Assembly: GCF_963921235.1 (NCBI RefSeq)
Contig: NC_086097.1
Coordinates: 219,916,001-219,980,000 of the forward strand
Origin: Mobula hypostoma
Taxonomy: Eukaryota
Length of the DNA: 64,000 nucleotides
Reading direction: 5' to 3'
Shown: positions 51,743-64,000 of the stretch, piece by piece
How the letters are laid out: every line of letters starts with the position of its first letter
Numbering within the stretch: the stretch's first letter is position 1
Translations under genes and position numbers: made by a program
Notes under the pieces: generated by a model
Told to the model about the DNA's origin: nothing
What the model saw: only the letters and a program-made list of their open reading frames with translations
The model's database searches: none

Positions 51743-52259
51743 TCGGTTATATTACCCAAAATTAAAATTGCCTGCATAAAATTTGCAGCAAATGTAGGAA
51801 CATTTTTTATGAGATCATTACACTATCAAATGCATGCAAATGGATTTACGAACTCCTTTTCATTAGAAAATGAACCATATTTAAAATGTATTGACATCAC
51901 TTAAGACACTCATTCAAATCATGGCTGCATTTGCTCACAAGTACTCATTATTTTCCGTACAACATCTAAAATTAAAACATTTTGTACAAGTGCATTAAAA
52001 TATGAAACAAAGTCAGATCAGAGCCATTTGCACAATGATTGATTTTGACAATATTAAGAGTTAACCCGTGCAGTTTCATCCTCAGCTAAAAGGAGTTTTG
52101 GCCAGCTACCAATCAGCGTTTGGGATTGATTAGATTATGAAGACACGTAGTCCTCTTTTATTGTCATTTAGTAATGCATGCATTAAGAAATGATACAATA
52201 TTTCCTCTGGTGTGATATCACAAAACACAGGACAAACCAAGACTGATTAACAAGAACAA

Positions 52260-53744
52260 ATTAAAGGAAGGTGAAGGCAAGTGCAGCGGCCACCTTCTAA
52301 GTGGACATAGTCAGAGTGGTGACCTTGAGGCTTTAGCTCTTCGAGGCTTTGGTCAGAGAAAGCAAAGGAAAGTAAAGCTCAAGGTTCTTTGTTCTGTTCT
52401 TTATATGGGCTTGGCTAGGACAGTAGAGATGACAGGCAGGCTAGTGGAATGCTCTTCTTGTGGGATGTAGGAAGGCAGAGAGACCTCCAGTGTCCCTGAC
52501 AACTACAGCTGCGAGAAATGCGCCCAGCTGCAGCTTCCAACAGACAGCATTGAAGAGTTGGAGCTGGACCTGGATGAACTCCGGATCATTTGTGATGCTG
52601 AAGGGGTGATAGATAGGACATATAGAAAAAGAGTTACACCCAAGCTGCAGGGCACAAGAAACTGGGTGACAGCCGGGAAGGGGAAAGAAGTTAATGAGCC
52701 AGTGCAGAGTACCCTTGTGGTCATCACCTCAACAACAGATATATCACTTTGGATATTATTGGGGGCTTGACCTCACAGAGCAAAGTCACAGTGGTCGAGC
52801 CTCTGACACCGAGTCTGCCGCTGTGACTCAGAAGGGAAGTGGGGGCACGGGAAGAGGCACATTGTGGTGATAGGGAATTTCTTAGTTAGGGGAATGGACA
52901 GGAGGTTTTGTAGTGGTCAGGATGAGGTAGCTGTTTTACAAACAGAGGCACTGTGGAGAAAAGAGAGGCTGTTGATAGGGCAAAATTGCAGTCAAAGTAA
53001 AGGACAGACAAAACTGAAAAGGGTGAATACAGGACTGAAGGTGTATTTGAATGCACACAGTATATGGAATAAGGTAGATGAACTTGTAGCACACTTGCAG
53101 TTTGGCAGGTATGATATGGTAGGCATCACTGAATCATGGCTGAAAGAAGATTATAATGAGAGCTTAATGTCCAAGGATACACATTGTAGCGAAAGATCAG
53201 AGAGGAAAGGAGAAGAGGCAGCTTTGCTCCGGTTGGTAAAAATTGAAATCAAATCATTAGAAAGAGGTGGCATAGGATCAGAAGGTGTTGAATCATTGTG
53301 GATAGAGCTAAGGAACTGCAAGGGTAAAAGATCCTGATGGGAGTTGTATACAGACCCCAAACAGTAATAAGGATGGGGCCTACAAGTTACAAAAGGAGAT
53401 AGAAAATGCATGCCAAAAGGGCAATGTTACAATAGTCATGCAGGATTTCAATATGCAGGTAGATTGGGAAAATCAGGTTGGCTCTGGATTTCAGGAGGGG
53501 GAATTTCTTGAGTGCCTATGAGATGGCTTTTTAGAGCAGCTCATGGTTGAGCACATTAGCGGGTCAGCTATTCTGGATTGGGTGTTGTGCAATGGACCAG
53601 AATTGAGCAGAGAGCTTAAGGTAAAAAGACTATTAGGGGAAAGTGACCAATATATGATTGAATTCACCCTGAAATTTGAGAAGGAGAAGCTAAAGTCAGA
53701 TACATTAGTATTACAGTGGAGTAAAGGGAATTACAGAGGCATGA
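52260..53744 (+). mobile_element. CR1 element A, 5' part (ORF1 zinc finger/zipper remnant, endonuclease)
   Basis: VECSSCGM..CEKCAQLQL..ELELDLDELR; YLNAHSIWNKVDEL, VGITESWL, ESDQYMIEF. Confidence 0.85.
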
Positions 53745-54720
53745 CCAGTGGTGTGCCTCAGGGATATATGTTCTCAGATCCCTTCTCTTCGTGATTTTTA
53801 TAAATGACCTGGATGAGGAAGTGGAGGGATGAGTTAGTAAATTTGCTGATGATACAAAGGTTGGAGGTGTTGTGGATAATGTGGAGGGCCGTCAGAGGTT
53901 ACAGCAGGACATCAATAGAATGCAAAACTGAGCTGAGAAGTGGCAGATGGAGTTCAACTCAGATAAGTGTGTGGTGGTTCATTTTGGTAGGTCAAATATG
54001 ATGGCAGAATATAGTATGAATGGTAAGACTCTTGGCTGTGTGGAGAATCAGAGAGATCGTGGGGTCGGTGTCCATAGGACACTCAAAGCTGCTGCGCGGG
54101 TTGACTGTGTGGTTAAGAAGGCATATATGGTGCATTGGCCTTCATTAACCGTGGGATTGAGATCAGAGCCAAGAGGTAATGTTACAGCTATATAGGATGC
54201 TGGTTAGACCCCCCCTTGGAGTACTGTGCTCAATTCTGGTCACCTCACTACAGGAAGGATGCGGATACTATAGAAAGGGTGCAGAGGAGATTTACAGAGA
54301 TGTTACCTGGATTGACGGGCATGCCTTATGAGAAAAGGTTGACTGAACTTGACTTGTTCTCCGCAGAGCAACGGAGGATGAGAGGTGACCCGATAGAGGT
54401 GTTTAAGATGATGAGAAGCATTGATCGTGTGGATAGTCAGAGGCTTTTACCCAGGGCTGAAATGGCTAACATGAGAGGGCACAGTTTTAAGGTGCTTGGA
54501 AGTAGGTACAGAGGAGATGTCAGGGTTAAGTTTTTTTATGCAGACAGTGGTGAGTGCATGGGATGGGCTGCTTGCGACTGGCGGAGGCAGATACGATAGG
54601 GTCTTTTAAGAGACTCCTGCTACATGGAGCTTAGAAAAATAGAGGGCTATGGGTAACCCTAGGTAATTTCTAAAGTAAGTACATGCTCGGCACAGCATTG
54701 TGAGCTGAAGGGCCTGTATT
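53745..54720 (+). mobile_element. CR1 element B (5'-truncated), inserted in A; its tail resumes at 56961-56988
   Basis: Starts abruptly at SGVPQG. Same subfamily as 47745-48720. Confidence 0.85.
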
Positions 54721-56960
54721 AACATACATAGAACATAGACTAGTACAGCACAGTACAGGCTCTTCGGCTCACAATGTTGTTCTGACCCTTAAACCCTGCC
54801 TCCCATATAACTACCCCACCTTAAATTCCTCCATATACCTGTCTAGTAGTCTCTTAAATTTCACTAGTGTATCTGCCTCCACCACTGATGCACGCAGTGC
54901 ATTCCACGCACCAACCACTCTCTGAGTAAAAAATCTTCCTCTAATATCCCCCTTGAACTTCCCACCCCTTACCTTAAAGCCATATCCTCTTGTATTGAGC
55001 AGTGGTGCCCTGGGGAAGAGGCGTTGGCTATCCACTCTATCTATTCCTCTTATTATCTTGTACACCTCTATCATGTCTCCTCTCATCCTCCTTCTCTCCA
55101 AAGAGTAAAGCCCTAGCTTCCTTAATCTCTGATCATAATGCATACTCTCTAAACCAGGCAGCATCCTGGTAAATCTCCTCAGTATCCTTTCTAATGCTTC
55201 CACATCCTTCCTATAGTGAGGCGACCAGAACTGGACACAATACTCCAAGTGCGGCCTAACCAGAGTTTTATAGAGCTGCATCATTACCTCGTGACTCTTA
55301 AACTCTATCCCTCGACTTATGAAGGCTAACACCCCATAAACTTTCTTATCTACCCTATCTACCTGTGAGGTAACTTTCAGGGATCTGTGGACATGTACCC
55401 CCAGATCTCTCTGCTCCTCCACACTACCAAGTATCCTGCCATTTACTTTGTACTCTGCCTTGGAGTTTGTCCTTCCAAAGTGTACCACCTCACACTTCAC
55501 CAGGTTGAACTCCATCTGCCGCTTCTCAGCCCACTTCTGCATCCTATCAATGTCTCTTCGCAATCTTCAACAATCCTCTACACTATCCACAACACCACCA
55601 ACCTTCGTGTCGTCTGCAAACTTGCCAACCCACCCTTCTAACCCCACATTCAGGTTGTTAATAAAAATCACGGAAAGTAGATATCCCAGAACCGATCCTT
55701 GTGGGACACCACTAGTCACAACCTTCCAATCCGAATGTGCTCCCTCCACCATGACCCTTTGCTTTCTGCAGGCAAGCCAATTCTGAATCCACCTGGCCAA
55801 ACTTCCCTGGATCCCATGCCTTCTGACTTTCAGAATAAGCCTTCCATGTGGAACCTTGTCAAATGCCTTACTAAAATCCATGTCGATTACATCCACTGCA
55901 CTAACCTCATCTATATGCCTGGTCACCTCCTCAAAGAACTCTATCAGGCTTGTTAGACACGGTCTGCCCTTCACAAAGCCACGCTGACTGTCCTTGATCA
56001 GACCACTTTTCTCTAACTGCCCACAGATCCTATTTCTAAGAATCTTTTCCAACAGCTTTCCCACCACAGACGTAAGGCTCACTGGTCTGTAATAACCCAG
56101 ACTATCCCTACTACCTTTTTTGAACAAGGGGACATTCGCCTCCCTCCAATCCTCTGGTACCATTCCCGTGGACAACGAGAACATAAAGATCCTAGCTAGA
56201 GGCTCAGCAATCTCTTCCCTCACGTCGTGGAGCAGCCTGGGGAATATTCCATCAGGACCCAGGGACTTAATTGTCCTAATGTATTTTAGCAACTCCAACA
56301 CCTCCTCTCCCTTAATATCAACATGCTCCAGAACATCAACCTCAATCATATTGTCCTCACCATCATCAAGTTCCCTCTCATTAGTGAATACCAAAAAGAA
56401 GTATTCATTGAGGGCCTCGCTCACTTCCACAGCCTCCGGGCACATCTTCCCACCTTTATCTCTAATCGATCCTACCTTCACTCCTGTCATCCTTTTGTTC
56501 TTCACATAATTGAAGAATGCCTTGGGGTTTTCCTTTACCCTACTCACCAAGGCCTTCTCATGCCCCCTTCTTGCTCTCCTCAGCCCCTTCTTAAGCTCCT
56601 TTCTTGCTACCCTATATTCCTCAATAGACCCATCTGATCCTTGCTTCCTAAACCTCATGTATGCTGCCTTCTTCCACCTGACTAGATTTTCCACTTCACT
56701 TGCCACCCATGGTTCCTTCACCCTACCACTCTTTATCTTCCTCACCAGGACAAATTTATCCCTAACATCCTACAAGAGATCCCTAAACATTGACCACATG
56801 TCCATAGTACAATTCCTTACAAAAACATCATCCCAATTCAAACCCTCAAGTTCTAGCCTTACAGCCTCATAATTTGCCCTTCCCCAATTAAAAAATTTCC
56901 TGTCCTCTCTGATTCTATCCTTTTCCATGATAATGCTAAAGGCCAGGGAGTGGTGGTCAT
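54721..56960 (-). mobile_element. CR1 element C, young, inserted in the tail of B
   Basis: Long ORFs of 392 aa and 250 aa with RT motifs. TGTATT duplicated at 54715-54720 and 56961-56966. Confidence 0.92.
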
Positions 56961-56988
56961 TGTATTGTGCTGTAGTTTTTTCTATGTT

Positions 56989-59040
56989 GCGATGAGAGAG
57001 GAGTTAGCCAGAATTGATTTGAAAAGGACACTGGTAGGGATGACGGCAGAGCAGCAATGGCTGGAATTTCTGGAAGCAATTCGGAAGGCAGAGGATGTTT
57101 ACATCCCAAATAGAAGGAAGTATTCTACAGAAAGATGATAAAACTGGCTAACAAAAGAAGTCAAAGCCAATGTAAAAGCCAAAGAGAGGGCATATAATAG
57201 AGCAAAGATTAATGGGATTGGGAAGCTTCTTAAAGCCAACAGTAGGCAACTAAAGTAATTAAGGTAAAGATGGAATACAAAATTAAGCTAGCCAATAGTA
57301 TTAAAGATACCAAAAGCTTCCTCAGGTACATGAAGTGTAAATGAGAGGCGAGAGTGGATATCAGACTGCTGGAAAATGATACCGGAGAGGTAGTAGTGGG
57401 GGACAAGGAAATGGCGGGCGAAACTGAATAAGTATTTTAGACCCGTCTTCACTGTGGAAGACACTAGCAGTATGATGGAAGTTCCAGGTGTTAGGGTGCA
57501 TGAAGTGTGTGAAGTTACCATAACTAAAGAGAAGGTTCTTGGGAAACTGAAAGGTCTGAAGGTAGATAAGATACCGGAACCAAATGGTGTACACCCCAGG
57601 AGTTCTGAAAGTGGTGGCTGAAGAGATCATACAGATATCAGTAATGTTCTTTCTAGAATCAATAGATTCTGGAATGGTTCCAGAAGGCTGGAAAATTGCA
57701 AATGTCACTGCACTCTTCAAGAAGGGAGGCAGAAGAAAGGAAACTATGGGCCAGTTAGTCTGACCTCAGTGGTTGGGAAGATGTTGAAGTCGATTATTAA
57801 TGAGGAAGTGTTAAGGTAGTTGGAGCACATGAGAAAATAGGCTGTAGTCAGCATGGTTTCCTCAAGGGAAAATCTTGCCTCTCAAATCTGCTGAAATTCT
57901 TTGAAGATATAACAAGCAGGATGCACAAAGATGAATCAGTTGATGATGTGTACTTGGATTTTAAGAAGGCCTTTGACAAGGTGCCACACATGAGGCTGCT
58001 TAACAAGTTAAAAAAAACCACAGTATTACAGGAAAGATTTCAGCATGGATAACGCAGTGGCTGGTTGGCAGGAGGCAAAGTGTGGGAATAAAGGGAGCCT
58101 TTTGTGGCTGGCTGCCAGTGACTAGTGGTGTTCCATAGGGGTTTCTGTTGGAAACGGTTCTTTTTACATTATATGTCGATGATTTGGATGATGGAAATTG
58201 TTGCAAAGTTTGAAGATGATATAAAGATAGATGGATGGGCAGGTAGTTTTGAGGAAGGAGAATGACTTTGGTAGAAGAAATGAAAGGGCTTGCTATTTTC
58301 CAAATGGAGAGAAAGTACAAAAAACTGAGGTGCAAATGAACTTGGGAGTCCTTGTGTAGGATTCCCTAAAGGTTAATTTGCAGGTTGTCTGTGGAGAGGA
58401 AGGCAAATGCCATTTTAGCATTCATTTCAAGAGGACTAGAATATAAAAGCAAGGATGCAATGTGGAAACTTGAAAAAGCACTGGTGAGGCCTCATTTGAA
58501 GTATTGTGAGCAGTTTGGGCCTCTTAACTTAGAAAGGATGTGCTGACACTGGGGAGAGTTCAAAGGAGGTACATGAAAATGATTCCAGGATTGATTAGCT
58601 TGTCATACGAAGAACATCTGATGGCTCTGGGCCTGTATTTGCTGGAACTCGGAAGCATTATGGGTGACCTCAATGAAACCTATCGAATGGTGAAATGCCT
58701 TGATAGAATAGATGGACTTGTAGAGAATGTTTCCTATGGTGGGAGATTCGAAGACCAGAGGACACAGCCTCAGCATAGAGGGACACCCTTTTAGAATGGA
58801 GATGAGGAATTTCTTTAGCCAGACAGCGGTGAGTCTGTGGAATTCTTTGCCACAGCCAGCTGTGGAGGCTAAGTCTTTAGGTATATTTAAGGCAGTTGAC
58901 AGATTCTTGATGGCATGAAGGGATACGGGGAGAAGGCAGGAGATTGGTGCTGAGAGGAAAATTGAATTGGCTATCCACAATGAACTGGTGGAGCAGACTT
59001 GATGGGCCAAATGGCCTAATTCTGCTCCTATATCTTATAG
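56989..59040 (+). mobile_element. CR1 element A, 3' part (RT, 3' end)
   Basis: Resumes as MREELARIDLK..QQWLEFL, continuing from KGNYRGM at 53740. Ends in CCTATATCTTAT. Confidence 0.85.
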
Positions 59041-59254
59041 TGATCTTAGACATGCTGTCTAGTATCCTTCATTCCTGCCTGCCTGCATTACACCTGCAAG
59101 ATCTACAAAACAAAAAGTTCTCTACCAACTTGTTGCTGCTGTACAACACACTGACACACACACTGCCATGGTCCTTTCTCAAGATAATATGCTATTACGA
59201 GAGTTGTTGGGTCAGTCTCGAAACTTGCACAATGAAAAACCTAATGAGACTTGA

Positions 59255-59680
59255 GTCATAGAAACATAGAAACATAGAAAATAGGTGCAGGAGTAGGCCA
59301 TTCGGCCCTTCGAGCCTGCACCGCCATTTATTATGATCATGGCTGATCATCCAACTCAGAACCCAGCCTTCCCTCCATACCCCCTGACCCCTGTAGCCAC
59401 AAGGGCCATATCTAACTTCCTTTTAAACATAGCTAATGAACTGGCTATGAACTGGTCAGAGTCATTAGAGCACTACAGCACAGAAATAAACCCTTTGGAC
59501 TATCTAGTTCATGCAAACCGTTACTCTGCCTATTCTCATTTACCTGCATCTGGACCATAGCCTTCCATACCCTTCCCATCCATGTATCTATCCAAATTTC
59601 TCTTAAAAGTTAAAATTAAACCCACATCCGTAACTTCCATTGGTAGTCCATTCCACGCTTTCATCACCTTCTGAGTTGAG
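59255..59680 (-). mobile_element. Two short CR1-type 3' end fragments
   Basis: (CATAGAAA)n tail plus GGAGTAGGCCATTCGGCCC. Second tail from ~59455. Confidence 0.7.
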
Positions 59681-60465
59681 TTATAAGTTAAACTTAATGA
59701 GAAGTTTCATGTGTAGTTGCATATGAGAAGTTTCATGTACGGAAGTGGAAAATAATGCTGGTTTTATCTCCCAGCAGATAAGGCTGCACATTAGTAGTAG
59801 TCTGTCAGATTAAAGAGTCCTCACGTTTTGTCAACTTTAATGGTGGATCTTCAGGATAAGTATAATTATTTACATTGCCTCCTCAAGATCATTCAAGTTC
59901 ATTGGCAGAAGAACCAAGCCAGTATCAGTGTCCTCTGCAGATCATACATAATTGAAAGTATTAACTTTGCATGATTGGAGGATGATCATCAGTACTGAAG
60001 TTCATACTAGTATAAAACTGACAGCAGCCTACCATATCTGCACATGCAGAGTTGTTGTAGAAAGCTGTTCATGCTGCATCTTGCTTCAATCCTCGGTGAA
60101 CTAATAGAATGTTTGAATTTGAAGTCAACAGAAAGTAAGTGATTTAATATGAGCTCAGTATATTTTTGTACACATTTCTCACTGTAAATTCCATTGAAAC
60201 TATTCCGCCCTGTAGTTACGCTTGAGATTCTCACAGTGCTCAGTCATCTGCTGAATAAAAATTTGCAACTTTAGAATGCGATCCAGCAAAATCAGTTAAA
60301 AATCAATCATCTCTGAAATAAAGTTTGTTAATATTTGTCTCTCCCATAATTCCATGTATATACCGTGGTATTTATTTCATACGTCCTGATTTGTGAGAAC
60401 TGTTCAATCTGATTGTTCGATCGGACTATTTGCTTTCATGCTTAGCAACACCCATTGAAATGGCA

Positions 60466-61472
60466 AACATGAGGAAATCTGCAGATGCCGGAATTTCAAG
60501 CAACACACATAAAAGTTGCTGGTGAACGCAGCAGGCCAGGCAGCATCTTTAGGAAGAGGTACAGTTGACGTTTCAGGCCCAGACCCATTGTCAGGACTAA
60601 CTGAAAGAAGAGCTAGTAAGAGATTTGGAAGTGGGAGGGGGAGGGGAAGATCTGAAATGATAGAAGACAGGAGGGGGAGGGATGGAACCAAGAGCTGGTC
60701 AGGTGATTGGCAAAAGGGATATGAGAGGATCATGGGACAGGAGGCCCGGGGAGAAAGAAAAGGAGGGGGGGAACCCAGAGGATGGGCAAGGGGTATAGTG
60801 AGAGGGACAGAGGGAGAAAAAGAAGAGAGAGAAAAAGAATGTGTGTATATAAATAAATAACGGATGGGGTACGAGGGGGAGGTGGGGCATTAGCGGAAGT
60901 TTGAGAAGTCAATGTTCATGCCATCAGGTTGGAGGCTACCCAGACAGAATATAAGGTGTTGTTCCTCCAACCTGAGTGTGGCTTCATCTTTACAGTAGAG
61001 GAGGCTGTGGATAGACATATCAGAATGGGAATGGGACGTGGAATTAAAATGTGTGGCCACTGGGAGATCCTGCTTCCTCTGGCGGACAGCGTAGGTGTTC
61101 AGTGAAACGATCTCCCAGTCTGCGTCGGGTCCCGCCAATGTATAGAAGGCCACATCGGGAGCACCGGACGCAGAATATCTTAGCAGCTGACTCACAGGTG
61201 AAGTGTTGCCTCACCTGGAGGGACTGTCTCGGCCCCTGAATGGTGGTAAGGGAGGAAGTGTAAGGACATGTGTAGCACTTGTTCCGCTTACAAGGATTAG
61301 TGCCAGGAGGGAGATCAGTGGGGAGGGATGGGGGGGACGAATGGACAAGGGAGTCGCGTAGGGAGCCATCCCTGTGGAAAGTAGAGGGGGGGGAGGGAAA
61401 GATGTGCTTAGTGGTGGGATCCCGTTGGAGCTGGCGGAAGTTACGGAGAATTATATGTTGGACCCGGAGGCT
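60466..61472 (-). mobile_element. Penelope-like element (GIY-YIG endonuclease with Cys motif, pLTR)
   Basis: PCKRNKCYTCPY, FTCES, CSRCGLLYIGGTRRRLGDRFTEH, RLEEQHLIFCLGSLQPDGMN. Mutated hammerhead at ~60560-60600. Confidence 0.9.
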
Positions 61473-63116
61473 GTTAAATTCAGTCTTCACTAGAGAGCCC
61501 TGTGAGCTCTTTTCTCAAGACAAGGCTCCTCAGACTATAGCTGAAGGTTAAATATTAACCAGAGGACCATGGAAAAATCAGCTGCCTTTCTTTGAAGTCA
61601 TGACATGAGCCTCCAGATGTTGGAATGTAGAACAAGCCTGGTATCCAAATGTAACATTCAGACTCAAAGCACACGGTATGTTTATCATACATAAAATACA
61701 CCATAAAATCTTCCCAAGTTTTCTACAGTTTATTTCCATTTGATCCAATTAAACATGGAGCAATATTAAGCCATCTGCACAAACTTTTTATTATTGACAA
61801 GGAATCAAGCATTTACTGTAAACAGTTGTTAACAAATATAATGATTACTGATATTCCTGATAAGATGAAGCAATTAAAGGCTGTTATTAATACTACATTT
61901 GAAATAAATAAAAAATGACCAATCATTTAGAAAACTCAAATATTGACTACAGTATATTCCAAAATTAAAAAGATTTAAAATAACCAGTAACTTCTTGCCT
62001 CTTTGCTTATCACAATCACACCACATATACATCCAGTACAATTGATGCAATAAGCTTATAAACACTTTTTTAAAAAATACAAGTCAACTCCCCGTCCCAG
62101 TGAAAGTTCCCACCTGTTCAAGGAGGAGGTTGCTCCTGCTGGTAGAGGTAACAGATCTAATAAAAATGCCCATTCTGAAAATTATACAAGAGTTTAATTT
62201 ACCTGCACTCAGTGAATCATGCTTTTAATTCATATAATTCCTAAGGCCTGATGTATGTGCTCAAGTAGCTGATTTTAGCCAGCAGTAACGATACTACAGT
62301 GTCTGGGCTGAGAGATGTAAATCCTAGTGGTTGTTGTCCCCGGTGGAAGAGTTAATGTGTCAGGGTGGGTTGGGCTCAGTCACAAAGCCCCTGCTGGTTG
62401 AGCAACCTGCTATCGTTCCCTGTCAACACTCATTCATCCAAGGAGGTACCTGAGAGGAGTAAACACTCATCAAATCTTGGCAAAGAGACATTGCCTTCTG
62501 GGTATAAGGATAAACATATGTCATCAGAGGAAAAAAAACTGGCAAGAACAAATACGTGACCAGAAAGCCATCTATGGTACACTTGCTAGCAGAGTTAATC
62601 CTACGTATATAATGCAGCCCCTGGCCATATGCCAAGGATTCTTCCTGTAAATTATAACTCATCTTTCTTCTCACACTGTTTTCCTATAAATCACAACTGC
62701 AAATATGCCCCAGAATACCAAAGGACCATGTATAGTACAGGATAACCATTATCAGATCAGTTGCCATCGGCTGCCCTTGCTCCACAGTTCCAACCCCTTG
62801 ATCTTTCAGTTCAGAACCTGACACCAAAAAATAATTGCACCAAATTCCGTGTTTTATCAAAATGCAACCTTCCACTCTGTAAATATGAATAAATGCATGC
62901 CAGTAACACAATGAGAATTTCAAGTTAGTAATTTTACACACAGTAAAAATACAACAGCATTAGGATTTGCAATTATGTATATTATGCCATTGCGTTTTGT
63001 TTGCTTTTGAAATACAGTATTTGTATAAAATGAATAACAAGATATGATATCTCATGAGAGTAAAATGTAAGATAAATATCCATAAATATATTGCCCTGAG
63101 CATCAGGCTAAACAGG

Positions 63117-63158
63117 TACACACACACACACACACACGCACGCACGCACACACACACA
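63117..63158. repeat. (CA)n/(CACG)n microsatellite
   Basis: TACACACACACACACACACACGCACGCACGCACACACACACA. Confidence 0.85.
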
Positions 63159-64000
63159 TGAATCCAGCTTTGTAAAGATCAGAGAGAAAGGAAAATCAAA
63201 ATAGAAGGATCATAGTAATATGAGTTCAGAGTATAAAAACTGCAATACTATAGTCATATAGTAGAAAGTTGTCCTCAATACTTTGTCCTTAATGCATTGA
63301 ATATTTTGCTCTGAAATATGGCTCCATTGTTAATTCTAATAGAAGCAGTTTCTGAAAACAGCACGATGCCCCAATGCCACTGTACTGAATGTTGGTGCTG
63401 TTAACAGGAAAAAACTCTATGTCAGGATACATTTGCAATCAGTGTAGAATTTAAGCTAAATTGTTTATTGCAGGCAAATGTGCATTACTGTGCTCTTCAT
63501 GACACAATTGAATTAGATCTAATTTCTACACAATCTACCTGTGAGATCTAAACTACACAAATATGAAAAGTATCTTCAACTTTTAGAATTTGAGCTAATG
63601 TAAGAGTACAATTTAAATACCATTTTGTGGAGTACATCAAAGAAGTTGAGTGAGTTTGTGCGATAAAGTGACTGCTAAGATGGAACACCTGTGCATATAC
63701 CTGAAACAGTAGTAAGTAAGCAGGAAAAACTGAACATCAAAATTCAAGTTTTTTTTTGTTTTTCCTGCTTCAGCTATAACAAAAATAAGGTTGCAGTTAT
63801 AAAAACACACTTTGGAAATATATCACATGTTCCAAACCAATTGTTTTCTCAGCTCTTAAGTGCAATGTGAGTTCTTTTCAAATTCTATTTGATCTTATTC
63901 AAGTTAAAAACAAGTCACTTGATAAGTAACAAAACATAGCAAAGTACTTAAATATGTTTACAATAGGCAGTACTTCAATGAGATAGCTGAAAATGAGACC

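Noticed and set aside
48757..56872. Plus-strand ORFs opposite CR1 reverse transcriptase
   Set aside because: Antisense shadows of CR1 ORF2, not host genes.

Overview
Eukaryotic vertebrate DNA, most likely a cartilaginous fish (shark or ray; inferred from CR1-type LINEs, V-SINE-like elements and Penelope-derived repeats). The + strand carries the last 11 coding exons of extracellular heparan-sulfate 6-O-endosulfatase SULF1 (6414-45262). All have GT-AG boundaries and compatible phases, and they end in the canonical GQLWDGWEG-stop. The main observation is a dual-coding terminal exon. A second reading frame stays open for 302 codons (45231-46139) through the apparent 3'UTR. It is joined in frame if the 34-nt exon (36894-36927, flanked by three TGCATG/RBFOX motifs) and the 54-nt exon (39288-39341) are both skipped. 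This predicts a long SULF1 isoform with an acidic, Cys-free tail rich in Ser-Gly motifs. The 54-nt exon resembles a segment I recall from mammalian SULF2 rather than SULF1. Introns and the downstream region are dense in transposons: a near full-length L1 nested in a CR1 (10-bp TSD), a three-tier CR1 nest, an inverted Penelope element with a 13-bp TSD and an intact-looking hammerhead ribozyme core, hAT and Tigger-like MITEs, a probable solo LTR and SINEs. Comparisons with human proteins are from memory, not from a database search.
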